64,000 nucleotides of DNA from Octopus vulgaris (taxonomy: Eukaryota), in assembly GCA_951406725.2 (NCBI GenBank), contig OX597826.1:34968001-35032000 (forward strand), written 5' to 3'. Below are positions 22,568-36,239 of the stretch, in pieces. Positions within the stretch are counted from its first letter, which is position 1, and every line of letters begins with the position of its first letter. The translations under genes and the position numbers were made by a program. The notes under the pieces are model-generated. The model had not been told where the DNA came from. It saw only the letters and a program-made list of their open reading frames with translations, and searched no databases.

Positions 22568-22746
22568 AGTATTTCGTCTGTCGTTATGTTCTGAGTTCAA
22601 ATTCCGCCGAGGTCAACTTTGCCTTTCATCCTTTCGGGGTCGATAAATAAAGTACCTGTTTCGTACTGGGGTCGATATAATCGACTCAATCCCCTCATCT
22701 GTCCTTGTTTGTCCCCTCTATGTTTAGGCCCTTCTGGGCAGTAAAG

Positions 22747-22751
<5 letters not shown>
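22568..22751 (+). mobile_element. SINE family A, single body module
   Basis: GTATTTCGTCTGTCGTTATGTTCTGAGTTCAAATTCCGCCGAGGTCAACTTTGCCTTTCATCCTTTCGGGGTCG. Confidence 0.85.
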
Positions 22752-22793
<42 letters not shown>

Positions 22794-23899
22794 TGTATAC
22801 GTATGTATATATAGACATATATATATATACAATATATATATGTATATATATGTACGTATGTGTATAATATGTTACATGTATACATATATATGTGTATGTA
22901 TACATATTGCTTAATATTCAACACTTGTATTGGGAATTTCATATAAATATCACATTAGAGATAGATAAGTTTTCATATATGTGCGCGCGCTTGTGCGTGC
23001 GTGTGTATATATATATATACATACATATCTATCGATCTCTCTCTCTATATATATACACGCGCACACATATATATTTGTATATTAACATAAAAGTTAATTT
23101 GAAGACGTATAAAAGTCCATTTCTGTTCGTTTATGTATATCAATATCAAAATATATGTATGTCTATATGCGACAGAAATACGAAAGTGAGCGAGAGAGGG
23201 CAAGAGAAAGAGAGAGTGAGAGAGTATAAGAGAGAGAGAGAGAGTGTGTGAGAGAGAGAGAGGGAGAAGAGAGAGATAGGGAAAATAGAGAGAGAGAGAG
23301 AGAGATTTTGATTCAGAGAAGTATAAAAACTTGTCACACGCACAGCTTGCAGAAAGTTTTTAAAAAATATTCAGAAGTTTTTATTTCTATTTCAAATATC
23401 TTAATCTCAGAAGGATACCTGGTTTGTCCAGAAGCAAATATATGTTGGTGACAAGACATGCTATTAAATAATTCAACTATCCTTCATATTTTGTAAAATA
23501 AAATACAAGTAATAGTTGATAACTTGATATCAACGTTAGCCACTTGTGAAATAGTATTATTTTGATTGATGTTGTCAACATATACATCATGTTTGTAAAT
23601 GTGTTTGAATACCTGAACATAAAAGTATATGTGTGTGCGTGTGTGTGTGTGTGTGTATGTGTGTGTTTGTGTGTGTGTGTGTGAGTATGTTGTGTTGTAT
23701 CGAAGTTTGTATATATGTGCAAATATTTATGATATATGGTTATACACACACATAGACATATATCCTAATTCATATAAAGTCTTATATATATACATATATA
23801 TGCATACATATAGAAATCTATATGTATGTATTTATCTATACACATATGCATATATATACATATATGTATATATATACACACACACATTCATACACACAC

Positions 23900-23962
<63 letters not shown>

Positions 23963-24721
23963 TATATATATGTATATATATATATATACATGGTATATAT
24001 ATATATATACAAACATATGCCTATACGTGTATATATATATATACGTGGTGTCCATTATTCTGTAAGTGTATTCCACCATTTGCTGAGTAAATACATCCAA
24101 TTCTTATATACATTCATATGCACACATACATATATATTTACACAGATGCTAAAGATAAACTTATATAAATAAATGGCCACAAAATTCTTAATAGTATTTT
24201 ATAACTAAGATTTATATAATTTTGTCATCTTGTATCATTGATATATTATTTAAGGAAATTTGATTGATAGTTTAATTATTTTCTCTAACTTTCTATACTA
24301 TAACATGTTGATTGATATATTTTAGAGTTTTGGCACTGTTACTTTACAGCAGAGACGAAGATAGCGAAACAAGAAAAACAAAAGCTCTATTAATTTCTTC
24401 CATGAAATTATTCTCAAGTTTCAAAGTTGCTTTCCTTTACCTTTATTTATTTATATATAATTCCTGTCAGTTATATATTTATTTCCTATGAGAAATGTTC
24501 TATGAATTCTATTACAATTATTTACAGTCTTTCAGTTTTTAATTGCTGTCGTCGTTGCTTTTCTTTTAACTTTTGGAATCTTACAAACAAGATTCCTGGA
24601 TTGTTTGTTTGTGAGCATGTTGTTTCAGTGGTGTGAGAACTAAATTCTATTTATTTCAGGTTCAAATCCTACATTTTTGTAGGAAAATAGTTATTTATTT
24701 ACATGTCGTAGAGCTTAGTAC

Positions 24722-24865
24722 TTAAGTGGCATTTATTTTGTCGACCCCGAAAGAATAAAAGCAGCATTGGTCTTGATGGGATTTGAACTCAGATCCCAAA
24801 AATCCAGGGGAAAGAGGGCAAAATATTTTGTCCAATGCTCTGACGATATAACCCATTACCCACCC
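24722..24865 (-). mobile_element. Degraded SINE family A copy
   Basis: TCGACCCCGAAAGAATAAAAGC...ATTTGAACTCAGA. Confidence 0.6.
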
Positions 24866-25064
24866 TTGAGTTAAGAAATGATAGAAGGATTTGAAGAGAA
24901 TACGAAATAACATTAAACTTGCATTGTTCGAAAAACGATGTCATTGTTTACAAGTTTCAAAAAGTCTGATTCTGTTTTTATGACTAGAGGGAAAATGAAT
25001 TGTCTGTGTGGCACGGGCGGAACAAATATCACAAGTAACATTTTAATGAACGGAATTACTATAT

Positions 25065-25149
<85 letters not shown>

Positions 25150-26269
25150 GTGTGTGTATTACTCTCAGGTTATATGAAAAACCAATTTAACATTTAACTG
25201 AATTACTCAAAAAAATAAATAATTATAAAACTTTTCAAGGAATGAAACAGACACTTCAAAGTTTCCATCGACAAAGGCTGGCAGACTGAAACTTCAAAGT
25301 CACCTTAACCCCACTTCTTGTATAAGTTTAATCACCACACACACACGCACAGACACAGACACACACAATATTCAGAGTTTCAAAACGTACTTCATATCCG
25401 TAAATTCTTACATCGCTATCTTTTCTGTATTTTTATACTCTGCTAGATTCTCATAAAAACCACAAATAACACAGAAACAAATACATTTAAAACTACAACA
25501 GCAGTTCTTTTTCAGTTGAAAATCCGATGATGACCAAAGGCCCAAAACATTAATCTGAGATAAAGACAAATATCTTAAGATATCTTTATTCCAGACAAAC
25601 CTATTTTTGTCGTTTTTTTTCTTTTTGTTTTTATGTTTGGTGATTTGCTATTATTTTTTGTTTTAGGTCAATCACAAATATGAAACCAAACATTTGAAAA
25701 GAAAGACACTTACAAAAAAAAACAGAAACAAACAATACGCACAAGTTTTATAGAATTCTGAAATACAATTCCTTTCATAAAAGTATGAAATAGGTTATAT
25801 TTTCCTTCTAATCTTATCGATTCCAGTGGAATTTTCTTCGTCTCTCTTGTTCAGAATCGTTACAAGGACATCATTTGCAAATACATAAAATAAAGATAAA
25901 ATAATTCTAATCCAAAGCTGCAGAGATGTTATTTGTGAAATATTCTTGAGCATAGATTAGAAAGGTTCAATAAGCATTGATTAAAAAATAGCGTTCTGGT
26001 ATTTAGAAGATTTCAAGCAATACGTCCAATAGGAGTTAAATGGTAAGATTAAAGAGACTAGACTAACACGGTGTATTTGTACATTGGAGTATAAATGTGT
26101 GTGTGTATGTATATATATATATATGTGTGTGTATGTATACATATATATATACACACACATATACGTATATATTATACACACACACACACACACACATATA
26201 TATGAATGTGTGTATATATGTGTGTGTGTATGTATGTATATATATATATATATATATATATACACGCAT

Positions 26270-26433
26270 TTTTTTCTCTCCTTGTTTTTTTTCTGTGTAT
26301 CTTTCTGTCGAAGAGCGTAGGCTGGAAACGTAAAAGACTTTTTCTATTTCTATTCCTGAGCGCTATACTAATACATTTGTTTGTTTGTACTTCACCTGCC
26401 TTCGTCTTTTGTTTATTTTCGTAAACTTCCCCG
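26270..26433 (+). mobile_element. PLE-type terminal fragment with a hammerhead-like motif (26300-26337)
   Basis: TCTTT-CTGTCGA-A-GAGC gtag GCTG-GAAA-C-GTA-AAAGA; (TA)n on both sides. Confidence 0.7.
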
Positions 26434-26484
<51 letters not shown>

Positions 26485-26485
26485 C

Positions 26486-26925
26486 AAGGCAGAATCCCCA
26501 AGGACATACTCTACGGAGAGCTTGCTAGGGGCACTAGGTCTGTGGTAAGACCGTTCTTACGTTACAAGGATGTTTGCAAAAGGGACATGAAGGCCTGCAA
26601 CATCAATATTAGCAACTGGGAAAGCAGCTGCCAGCAACCGTGGAGATTGGTGACGTACCGTAAAAGAAGGGACACAAAGGAGTGACAGAGAGAGAGAGGA
26701 GAAATGGAAAGACAAGAAAAGACGTCAACAAGAGACTATGACATTACAACCAGCCAGGAACAGTCTTCGCTACATTTGCAGCACCTGCCAGAGGGAGTGT
26801 TTGTCCAGGATAGGACTACACAGCCACAGCAGGAAATGTATTAGGACATGAAATGCAAAAGCCAGACTAGATTATTTTATGCGCAACTCCATTGTCTCCC
26901 GAGACAAAAAGGATGCCAACAACGA
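26486..26925 (+). pseudogene. RTE-clade LINE 3' fragment with C2H2-type zinc finger
   Basis: GRIPKDILYGELARGTRSVVRPFLRYKDVCKRDMK and YICSTCQRECLSRIGLHSHSRKC; short CAA tail. Confidence 0.85.
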
Positions 26926-27244
26926 TATATATATATATATTTACGACACGCTACTCTCCGTTTCTGTCGATGAAATTCGTTCACGCAGCACTGGTCAGCC
27001 GGAGGTTACAATAGAATACACATGTCCATAGTACCATACAATGAAAGAGAATATGTGTAACCACGTGCTTGCAAAATACAGCCACATAAACACACGCTAC
27101 GATGTTTATGGCAGACTGAAACAGATCTTAGGTTCTCTAATCTGAAGAAAGTTATTCTGTCACTCAGAGTGTTCAAAAATTCGGTATAAGTATAAATTAA
27201 TATCAATGTGGGTTAAATTTGAAAATAACGAACATTTATCACAG

Positions 27245-27522
27245 GGTTCTATATTTAAGAGATTAGAAATTATGTACATTATTTACATTTGAAGGATATT
27301 TGTCCTCATCTTGTTTGTTGTTAGGACACAACCTCCTAAGCAGGCCGAGTACAGATATAAATAGCATATGGGAACCGGTATTAAGGAAGGCTAAGAAAAT
27401 ATTAGATTTATAAGCCCTAAAAATTCACTCCATAATTGCTCACTGGCATATGGCTTTGTCGTTCAGACTACGTCGTGGGGTCTTACTAACCCCAAGATTC
27501 CGAGTTTGATTCCAGGCAGTGA

Positions 27523-27568
<46 letters not shown>
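27245..27568 (+). mobile_element. 5' part of the composite tRNA/HHR element, including a putative PLE ORF C-terminus
   Basis: 27245-27322 is an inverted tail copy; 27324-27413 reads GHNLLSRPSTDINSIWEPVLRKAKKILDL*; tRNA-like head ...CCCCAAGATTCCGAGTTTGATTCCAGGCAGTGACCTG then (AAT)n. Confidence 0.7.
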
Positions 27569-28110
27569 TATCTCTCTGGTCGAACAAAACTTCTCTATTC
27601 ACAAACAATACAGAACAGCCCTTCCTTAATTTTTCTTAAGGCTAATAGTAGTAAACATTTGAACTTTTTTTTGACCGATAGGACCCCACCTAAAAAAAAA
27701 AAAAATCACTGATGGTGATGGTGATGGTGATAATAATGATAGTAATAGTGCTGATAATCTATCTATCTATCTACACACACACACACACTCAAAGAGTTCA
27801 ACCAACACAAACCTCACCTCGGCTCTATTAACCAAATATGAAAGTATTATTTGACAGGTAAGAACTCTGGCGTTGAAGACAGTCAGCCAGCCAACCACCA
27901 AGCCAGCCAACGAGACAGACAGACTCTACTGTGATGGTGATAATGATAAAAAACAAAAATAACAATAATAAGATACTGCTGTGACTACGCATAAAACAAT
28001 ATCATTGATGATGATAGTTGTGATGGTGATGGTGATGATGATAATGATGATGGTAATGGTGGTGATAATGATGATAGTGATAATAATGGTGATGATAATA
28101 ACAATAATAA

Positions 28111-31100
28111 GCCGACTACGGCTGCTATAATGGTACGATTATAATTGTAACGGCAATGATGGCCGTCTCCCCACGAGCCAATCAAAGCTCAAAAATGATA
28201 ACATTATCGTAGCACAAAAATGTTTTTGGAAACTAAAAGGAAAACTAAATCAGTATACCAAATCGCTTGTCCTATGGTTAATCTGGAAGCGCGTCCCCCA
28301 GGGAAGAGCCAGCCTTGGATCGAAAAGTCATCAACTGGCACAAACTCTTCTCCGAATACGGACATGGATGGTCACTTGAACGGGAAATCCCCCAACTCGA
28401 GCCCTCCAAGTTCACCACCACAACCACCACAGGAAGAAAAATGTAAGCGGAACAAATGGACCCGAGAAGAATATAAAGAAGTAATATACGCTTATTACTA
28501 TGCATTAGGTAGGCCATCTCAAGAGAGACACACCGAAAACTCTTACAGTATATGGAGAACACGGAATCAATACAGTAGGCCCTATTTGGACGAGAACAAA
28601 TTAGCAAATGTGAGGAGGGATATCCTTAGAAAGAACAGACTCCCAGACAGTGAAATAAGCGCGATCAAGCACGCAACGGAAAATGACATAAATATAAGAC
28701 ACAAAGGAAATGAAGAATCCGATGAACAGTATAGCCCGCCACGAGGCTTAATTGAAAGACTGCCATCTGACAAAAGTACGCAAAGGACTGAAGGTACAAG
28801 AAATTCTATTGTACCTGTTAAAGATAGCCAGGAAAATGATAAACAACAGTAACTGAAGATCTCGCATTTGCTGAAGAACACAGAGAGTCTATGGCAGAAA
28901 TGAATACGCTTGAAGTTGTAAGACATACAAGTATGAATGATAGAGAACCACTTCATAAACTCTCAAATACAAACCAAAATAAAAAACAAATCCAAATTGG
29001 CAACTATGTAACAAATGAAATAATACAAGAATTAAAACCTGATTTTACTGAGTTAAATGAAATTATTTACGCTTCTGCTAGGGCAATTGAAACCAGCTGT
29101 ATGCCCCCGAAAAAACAAAGAAAACCAAACCTGGGAAGAAATCAAACCTGGAGAAGTAAAATTGAAAAAGAGATTGAATTTATTAGAGGGGAAATATCAA
29201 TATTAAATGAACTAATATGTGGAAATGATGTAAGATCCAGAACAGGAAGAAAGATGAAGAGAAAATTTGGATCCTCACCAAGAGAAGAACTGATATCAAT
29301 AAAAGAAACGCTGAAACAAAAAGTCCAAGCAAAAGCCCAAAGAATACGAAGATTTGAGAAGAGAAACAAGTTTTACAAGCAAAATAAGCTGTTCACATCC
29401 AATGCCTAAAATTTCTACAGAGAAATAGGGAAGGAGAAAGTAACCGTTAAAGACCACCCTCCCATGGAAGAAGTTCAAAACTTTTGGAAAAGGATTTGGA
29501 GGGACAAGAAGACGTACAACATAAATGCAGACTGGATTATACAAACTGAAGGATCCTACCGAAATTTACAACAACAGGCATGGGAAGACATCACAATAGC
29601 AGACCTAAGAAAGGCACTCACGAAGGCCCATAATTGGAAATCCCCCGGTAAAGATAGGGTGCCGAATTTCTGGCTCGCATCGCTCCCATGCGCACACGGT
29701 AAGCTAGTTCAGCTGCTCAATAGAATTATGAGAGACACAAAGAAAACACCTGAATGGTTAGCAAGTGGTATTACTTACCTACTCCCAAAGAAGAACGAAA
29801 CCAACTTTCCAAAAAACTATCGGCCTATAACCTGTCTATCCACCACGTATAAAATCCTAACATCTATCCAGGCGGAGAAAACATACGCATTCATGGAGAA
29901 GAACGATATTTTCCCCATTGAACAAAAAGGGTGCCGCCGAGGCTCTTACGGATGCAAAGATCAACTGCTAATTAATCGTATGATCCTTGAGAACTGTCAC
30001 AACAAGCGCAGAAATCTCAGCTCCGCATGGATTGACTATAAAAAGGCCTTCGACTGTATACCGCATCCATGGATCTTGAGATCGCTGGACATCTTCAAAA
30101 TTTCCCCTGTGATTTTAAACTTCCTGAAGCACAATATGTCGTTGTGGAATACGAATCTCCAATTATACCACTCTAATGGAGTACTTGCCTCAGAAAATAT
30201 AAACATCAACTGTGGAATTTTTCAAGGTGACTCACTTTCACCTTTAATATTCTGCATAGCCCTAATGCCCCTTACTAGTGAATTAAACAGAACAGGGTAT
30301 GGGTATAAAATTGCCAATAAAAAAATAAGCCATCTATTTTATATGGATGACTTAAAACTTTATGGTAAAGACAATAATGAACTTGAAGGCCTATTGCGCA
30401 CTGTGAAAGCATTCAGCGATGACATCGGGATGGAGTTTGGACTTGAGAAGTGTGCCAAGGCCACTTTCCAGAAAGGGAAAGTAAAGACCACAAATTCAGT
30501 CGTGTTAGATGTTGACACAGTCATAAGAGAGCTTGAGCAAGAACAAACATACAAATATTTAGGAATAAATGAAGGCTCTGGTATTCAGCATGCAAGCATG
30601 GAAGAGAAGATCAGGAAGGAATGTTATAGGAGAGTTCGTGCAGTCCTGAAATCTGAACTAAATGCACGTAACAAGGTGTTAGCTATAAATTCCTTAGCAG
30701 TTCCAGTTGTTACTTATAGCTACAATGTGTTGAACTGGAATATGAGTGAAGTAAAGAATATAGATAGGAAAATACGCAAGCACCACCCAAAGGCAGAGGT
30801 AGATTGCCTTTACCTTCCCAGAGCCCAAGGAGGTCGAGGCCTGATCCAATTTGAACTAGCTTACAAAACAACCACAATTGGACTGGCCAAATATCTCGAA
30901 ATAACGAATGACTGGATGCTAAAGCTCGTGGAAAATCACGAGAGACGAAAGAAGCTTCATTCTATCATAAAGGAAAGCAAAAAATTTGCTATTGATCTCG
31001 CGCAGGATATCCAAACTGAACAACCCGAGGGAAGTACGGCAACTATTGTTGCAAAGAAGGTAAAAATAATGGCAACGAAAAAAGCGCACGAGCAATTGGC

Positions 31101-32030
31101 TGATAGGTGGGAGGAGAAACCTCTGCACGGCAAATATGTGGCCCGCAGCAAACAAGCTGATGTTGACCAGAAGCAAACCCATCAGTGGCTACGGAGCTCA
31201 GGGCTAAAAGCAGAGAACGAAGGTTTCATCCTGGCTGCTCAAGATCAAAGCCTATTAACCCGGAACTACCAGGCCAATGTGATGAAAAATGGAGCAGACC
31301 CAAAATGCCGATTCTGCAACGACATGATTGAAAGAGTGGACCACCTAATCTCTGGATGTAAAGTCTTAGCACCAGTGGAGTATAAATTAAGACATGACAG
31401 AGCTGGCCAATATCTACACTGGCTAATAAGTCGGCATTACAATATCAAAACTGCCGACAAGTGGTATAATCACCACCCTGAGGCTGTAACTGAAGGAGAA
31501 AATGTAACGATTCTGTGGGACTTTCCAGTACATACAGACCGAACCATCAAGGCCAATAAACCAGATATTGTTGTGAAAGACAAAAATAATAAAGTTTGCT
31601 TATTGACATGATTATCCCCTGTGATCATAATATCTCAGCGAAAGAGTTTGACAAGCTCAGAAAATATAAAGACCTGCTCATTGAAATTGAGAAAATGTGG
31701 CATCTCAAGGCGGTTACAATACCAGTGATCGTAGGAGCACTAGGAATGATCAAGAAGGGAACCGAAAATTATATGAGAATGATCCCTGGCTTACCATCCC
31801 TGCAAGAAGTGCAAAAGATTGTCTTAACTGGTACATCACACGTATTGAGAAGAGCATTGTCGATGTGAGAAGTGTTGCTTCTCATGTATTTTAATATAAC
31901 TTTAAAAAAAAAATGAACGAACTATTGAGTTTGGTTTAATGGCCTCCCAATGTATACTATGAGTTTCTTTGCCCTAGGAGTCGGGAAGACACTCGGCAAG
32001 AAATGGAAGCAAATTTGAAAGAAAAAAAAT
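28111..32030 (+). mobile_element. R4/Dong-clade non-LTR retrotransposon, near full length (5' boundary approximate)
   Basis: Single long RT-RLE reading frame; 3' end runs into (AAT)n, consistent with the (TAA)n targeting known for Dong elements. Confidence 0.9.
28220..31868 (+). pseudogene. Disrupted RT / CCHC / restriction-like endonuclease ORF
   Basis: KSPGKD, NYRPITCL, QKGC, WIDYKKAFD, GIFQGDSLSP, HLFYMDD, YKYLG, GGRGL, CRFC-x8-HLISGC, RHD, KPDIVV, K..KY; frameshift ~28850, in-frame stop 29407-29409, frameshift ~31605. Confidence 0.93.
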
Positions 32031-32041
32031 AAGTAATAATG

Positions 32042-32132
<91 letters not shown>

Positions 32133-32140
32133 CAACAACA
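32031..32140 (+). repeat. (AAT)n/(AAC)n tract at the Dong 3' junction
   Basis: Direct inspection. Confidence 0.95.
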
Positions 32141-32250
32141 TCGAAAAATACCTTAGGAATGAGATCCCAGGTACGAAATTTCCCTAAGACACCTGATGAA
32201 GGCGGAAGGGTATATCAGCCGAAACCTCAAATGCAAATAATGTAAATAAA
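32136..32250 (+). mobile_element. 3' part of the composite tRNA/HHR element with a deleted hammerhead
   Basis: GAAAAATACCTTAGGAATGAGA...GACAC-CTGATGA-A-GGCGG aagggtatat CAGCC-GAAAC matches 21960-22050 (-); cleavage triplet and stem I 3' strand are lost. Confidence 0.8.
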
Positions 32251-32689
32251 GTAAATAATTTATCACAGGATATCTTGTGAGACATCTGTTTCCTGAATGT
32301 TCACCTATAGGTAACTTCAACTTTAACCACACAATATTGTTCATATCTTATATGGTTGGTATATATATATATATATATGTGATCGACCTGCTCCCTCCCA
32401 ACAGATTTCAGGCCTTGTGCCTATTGCAGAAATGCCCCGATCGAACATAGCAGATGTATTATAAAGGTGCGTGAGAAAGAAGATTCCTGAATGATATTCC
32501 GCTTTTTTTTTTGGGGGGGGGGAGGATCTGGGTAGTGAAGTAAGATAGAACATTGTCTTATATCAGTAAACGTTAAGATCTGATGGGACGCTACACTTAA
32601 CTTATAGGAGAATTCTCTAGCGCCATGTTCATTCTATGAAGTATTTTTATTGATATCAAATTTAGGGACTAGATCAGAAAGTACGGGGG

Positions 32690-32858
32690 AGAGAATAAGT
32701 CGCCTACATCGACCCCTATGTTCAAATGGTACTTATTTGTCGATATCGAAAGAATGAAACGCGAAGTCGACTTCGTTAGCATTCGAACTCAGAGTGTAAA
32801 AACGGACGAAATGCCGCTAAGCGCTTACCCAGCGTGCTAACCATTTTGCCAGCTCATC
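32690..32858 (-). mobile_element. Degraded SINE family A copy
   Basis: TCGACCCC...GGTACTTATTT...AAGTCGAC...TTCGAACTCAGA...GTGCTAACCATTTTGCCAGCTC. Confidence 0.7.
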
Positions 32859-33370
32859 ACTTTTATGTAGCATGATAACTGTCGAAGCAATGCATCTAGT
32901 CGAAGGAAATTGAGACGTTCGAAGTTTTGACTTCATACGACAATACTAACTCGGACGGACATGAATTGGTTATGCAAATATTTCCTCTTTATTCGCTGTC
33001 AGAGCACTGGAACCGGTTGAATTAAAGATTAGACTTTAATCTCTCATTATCGATAAGAATACTGGTTTGACCCTTTCTCTGATCAACAAATCATGTCGAA
33101 TCATTTGACGGAGCCTAAAAGAAGGATTTTCGGGGAGTTTACTGAAATTTCTATGATCACAGAAATTTCTGTGATCACAGGTTAAAGTATATCAAAGACT
33201 AGCACCAACAGTCATGGAGAGGGTTCGAACGAATATCTATAGAACGTAGATAGCATTTTTCTCATAGACATTTTGTTTTGACATGCAGTCTACAAGATGT
33301 GAAGTTTATTATGATATCCTTTTCTCTATTCCAAAGCAGAGATATTATAATAATGATGATAATAATAACC

Positions 33371-33455
<85 letters not shown>

Positions 33456-35690
33456 CAGCAACAACAACAGCAACAACTTTAGTTGTATTTCTAAGCGATG
33501 TCAGTATTGAAGAACACCACCGAATTAAACAATACCAATCTGAGTGCAGAACTGCCAGACAAACTCTATATCATTATGTCATTTAAACCAAAACAAATAA
33601 AGCGTAGAATTGACTTAGATTCTTATTATTCCATCCGCAAAGAATAATATTTGATAAATTATGATACAACTTTGTAATAATTTGCCGACAATCTGCCACT
33701 GGCAAAAAAGTTGAAACGACAGACAACAGATAAACTATTCAACTAACAGAAACTTTGAGGTTAACTGCCTTTTGTTTATTACCGTGATAACAAAATTGTT
33801 AGTTCCACTTGTTTTATTTGTTCTTTGTTTTTCCTATAGTTTTGTGCTATCCAGGAGAATTTCATACAATGAGTCAGTGAACGAAAATATTAACACCTGG
33901 TTAAACATGTAAGTCGTATTCAATTAGTAACGATGTCACATTGTTTTGTAACACAATCTCATGACAGTTGGACAATTTAAAGTTTTTTTTTAAAGTCTAA
34001 GCAGAATCTTAATTTTTGAATAGGTTAGAAATTCAATATAATTTTGACATATCGGCGGCTAATATGTGTGTGTATGTGTGTGTGTTTATCAGGGATCTTG
34101 TATGCTCCAATATATAGGCATGCCTTCTGCGTTTTTCCTTTAGTAGAGCATTGGACAAATGTACAAATGAGGTAATCGAGAAAGAAAATATTGTATGACG
34201 ATCCAGACATCATACGATGTCTAGTTTGAAATTGTCATTTATTTTAAAAAACATCTTCTGTCATGTACCCTAACTTAGTATAATGACAAAAGTTTTGATG
34301 TGCATTACCAATGACATTATGGGAAGAAATATATTTTTGGCTCTGTTCTCTATATACTACGGTCGCATCTCTCCCATTATAATTCAGAAAGATTTTCATA
34401 AGTTATGACCAAGAGCTACGGTGTAAGGTCTTCCGCCCCATTGTTTTTTACTGCCAAAAGATTTTAATTCAAAGCATAATGAATGCACCTTCTCATGGGT
34501 ACCTCTGATTAAACCATCAAAATATTTGAGCTGATAATTAAATAATTAGAAACAAGCACGAAAAAGAATCTATACTATTGTTCCAACTCTCTATCATTTT
34601 ACTCCATACATACATACATAATATATACATATAAATATATATATACATATATATATATATAAATTAAACTACGGTTTACCCGTTAAATTACCTGCTGCCG
34701 TATGTTTTACTAAGGACTATAACTACTGAGGTAATGACCAGGAGTACCTTTGGATATATCTATCTATTAGAGGCTATAAACACCTCTAAGTTATACCTGT
34801 ATATATATATATATATATATATATGCACATATATATTATATATACATAATATATATACATATTTACACATTATATATATATATACATAATATATATATAC
34901 ATACATAATATATATATACACATATAATATATATTTATTACATATACATACATACATAATATATATTATACACATATAATATATATATATATTATATATA
35001 CATACATATTATATATATATTATACGTACATGTACATACATAATATATATATATATTATATATATACATATACATACATACATAATATATATACATAATA
35101 TATATATTATATATATATATATACACGTAATATATTATATATTCATATATATATATATATATATATACATACACACACACACACACACACACACATATGC
35201 ATATATACATAATGCTTACAACCAACAACTTACATTCCCATTCCCATACCGTCTGGCCAATAAAAATGAAACAAGTAACAAAATTTGTATGAAAAAACTT
35301 ACAATGCTTACCAAACGGTTTTAGTCAGATATGTTAACAAACAAACTGTACCTATTTCATTGAGTGACTTTTGAATTGACAAGAAAGCAACATTCATGAT
35401 TGCTGTCGTTTATTGCGGCTGTCGTAGTGACTGTATTATATATATTCTGGCGTTGAAAGGACAAGTTTAAGTTGTATAATAAGCTTACTAACTGACAGAA
35501 TCAATAAGCTGTCATATTGGAAATGACTTTTTCAACGAACGAGTCCTATTCTTCTTTTTTCATCATCGTCCTCATCATCGTCATAGCCATCGCCGTCATC
35601 ACCATCACCATCATCACCATCATTATTATTATTAGTTGTAGTATTGTTACTTTAATTAGTATAATCATTATTGTTGTTCCTGTTGTTGTT

Positions 35691-35895
35691 AAGGCAGCGA
35701 GCTTGCAGAATCGTTAGCACACCAGGTGAATTTCTCAGCGGTATTTCCTCCGTATTTGCATTCTAAGTTCAAGTAGCAACGTGGTTGACTTTGCTTATCA
35801 TCTTTACATAGTCCATAAAACAAGTACCAGATATACACTGGGGTCGATGTAATCGACGTACCTCTACCCCAAAATTTGTTGGCCTTATGCCAACA
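35691..35895 (+). mobile_element. SINE family A copy
   Basis: GCGAGCTTGCAGAATCGTTAGCAC...AAGTTCAAG...CAAGTACCAG...CTGGGGTCGATGTAATCGAC. Confidence 0.75.
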
Positions 35896-36239
35896 TTTAA
35901 AACCATAGTTAATTTTTCTGATGCTACGCGAGGTGGATGCTGTATCCGTTTTGAATATATTTGTTTTATTGGGCCAAAGCCTTGCGAATAAAAGTATTTT
36001 CTAACCGTCATACCTGTTCGTACACTGCATTCAGAACTTTCCCGAAAATCTTCCTGAATATAATAAACACGTTTTCTATGACCAATCTAATATTAAGATC
36101 AATTTCTCCAACGTTTACTCTCAAATAATTTGACGCTTCTCTAAAGTCCTAAAGACGATTAACAGAATGCATGTAGACACCGCCACCATCACATCATAGT
36201 CCTCCCAATCACCATCATCATCGTCATCGTCTTTTCTTC

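Noticed and set aside
22597-24172. Many ORFs of YI/CV/HT repeats (also ~8.7, 26, 35, 38, 43-44, 49, 53 and 62 kb)
   Set aside because: Translations of (TA)n, (TG)n and (CA)n microsatellites; no coding signature.
25525-25552. CCGATGA...CAAAAC hammerhead-like string
   Set aside because: No GAAA box, and stems I and II do not pair adequately.
28111-28215. HDV-like ribozyme at the Dong 5' end
   Set aside because: Only a CGT-CTCCCC-ACG mini-hairpin and a 4-bp P1 candidate; no P1.1 GG or convincing P2/P4.
33145-33180. 18-bp tandem duplication (similar one at ~45384-45420)
   Set aside because: Ordinary local slippage; not an array.
35915-36175. Mariner transposase relic on the minus strand (LLIVF.DFR...HPPRVA)
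   Set aside because: Similarity needs several frameshifts; too weak to call without a search.
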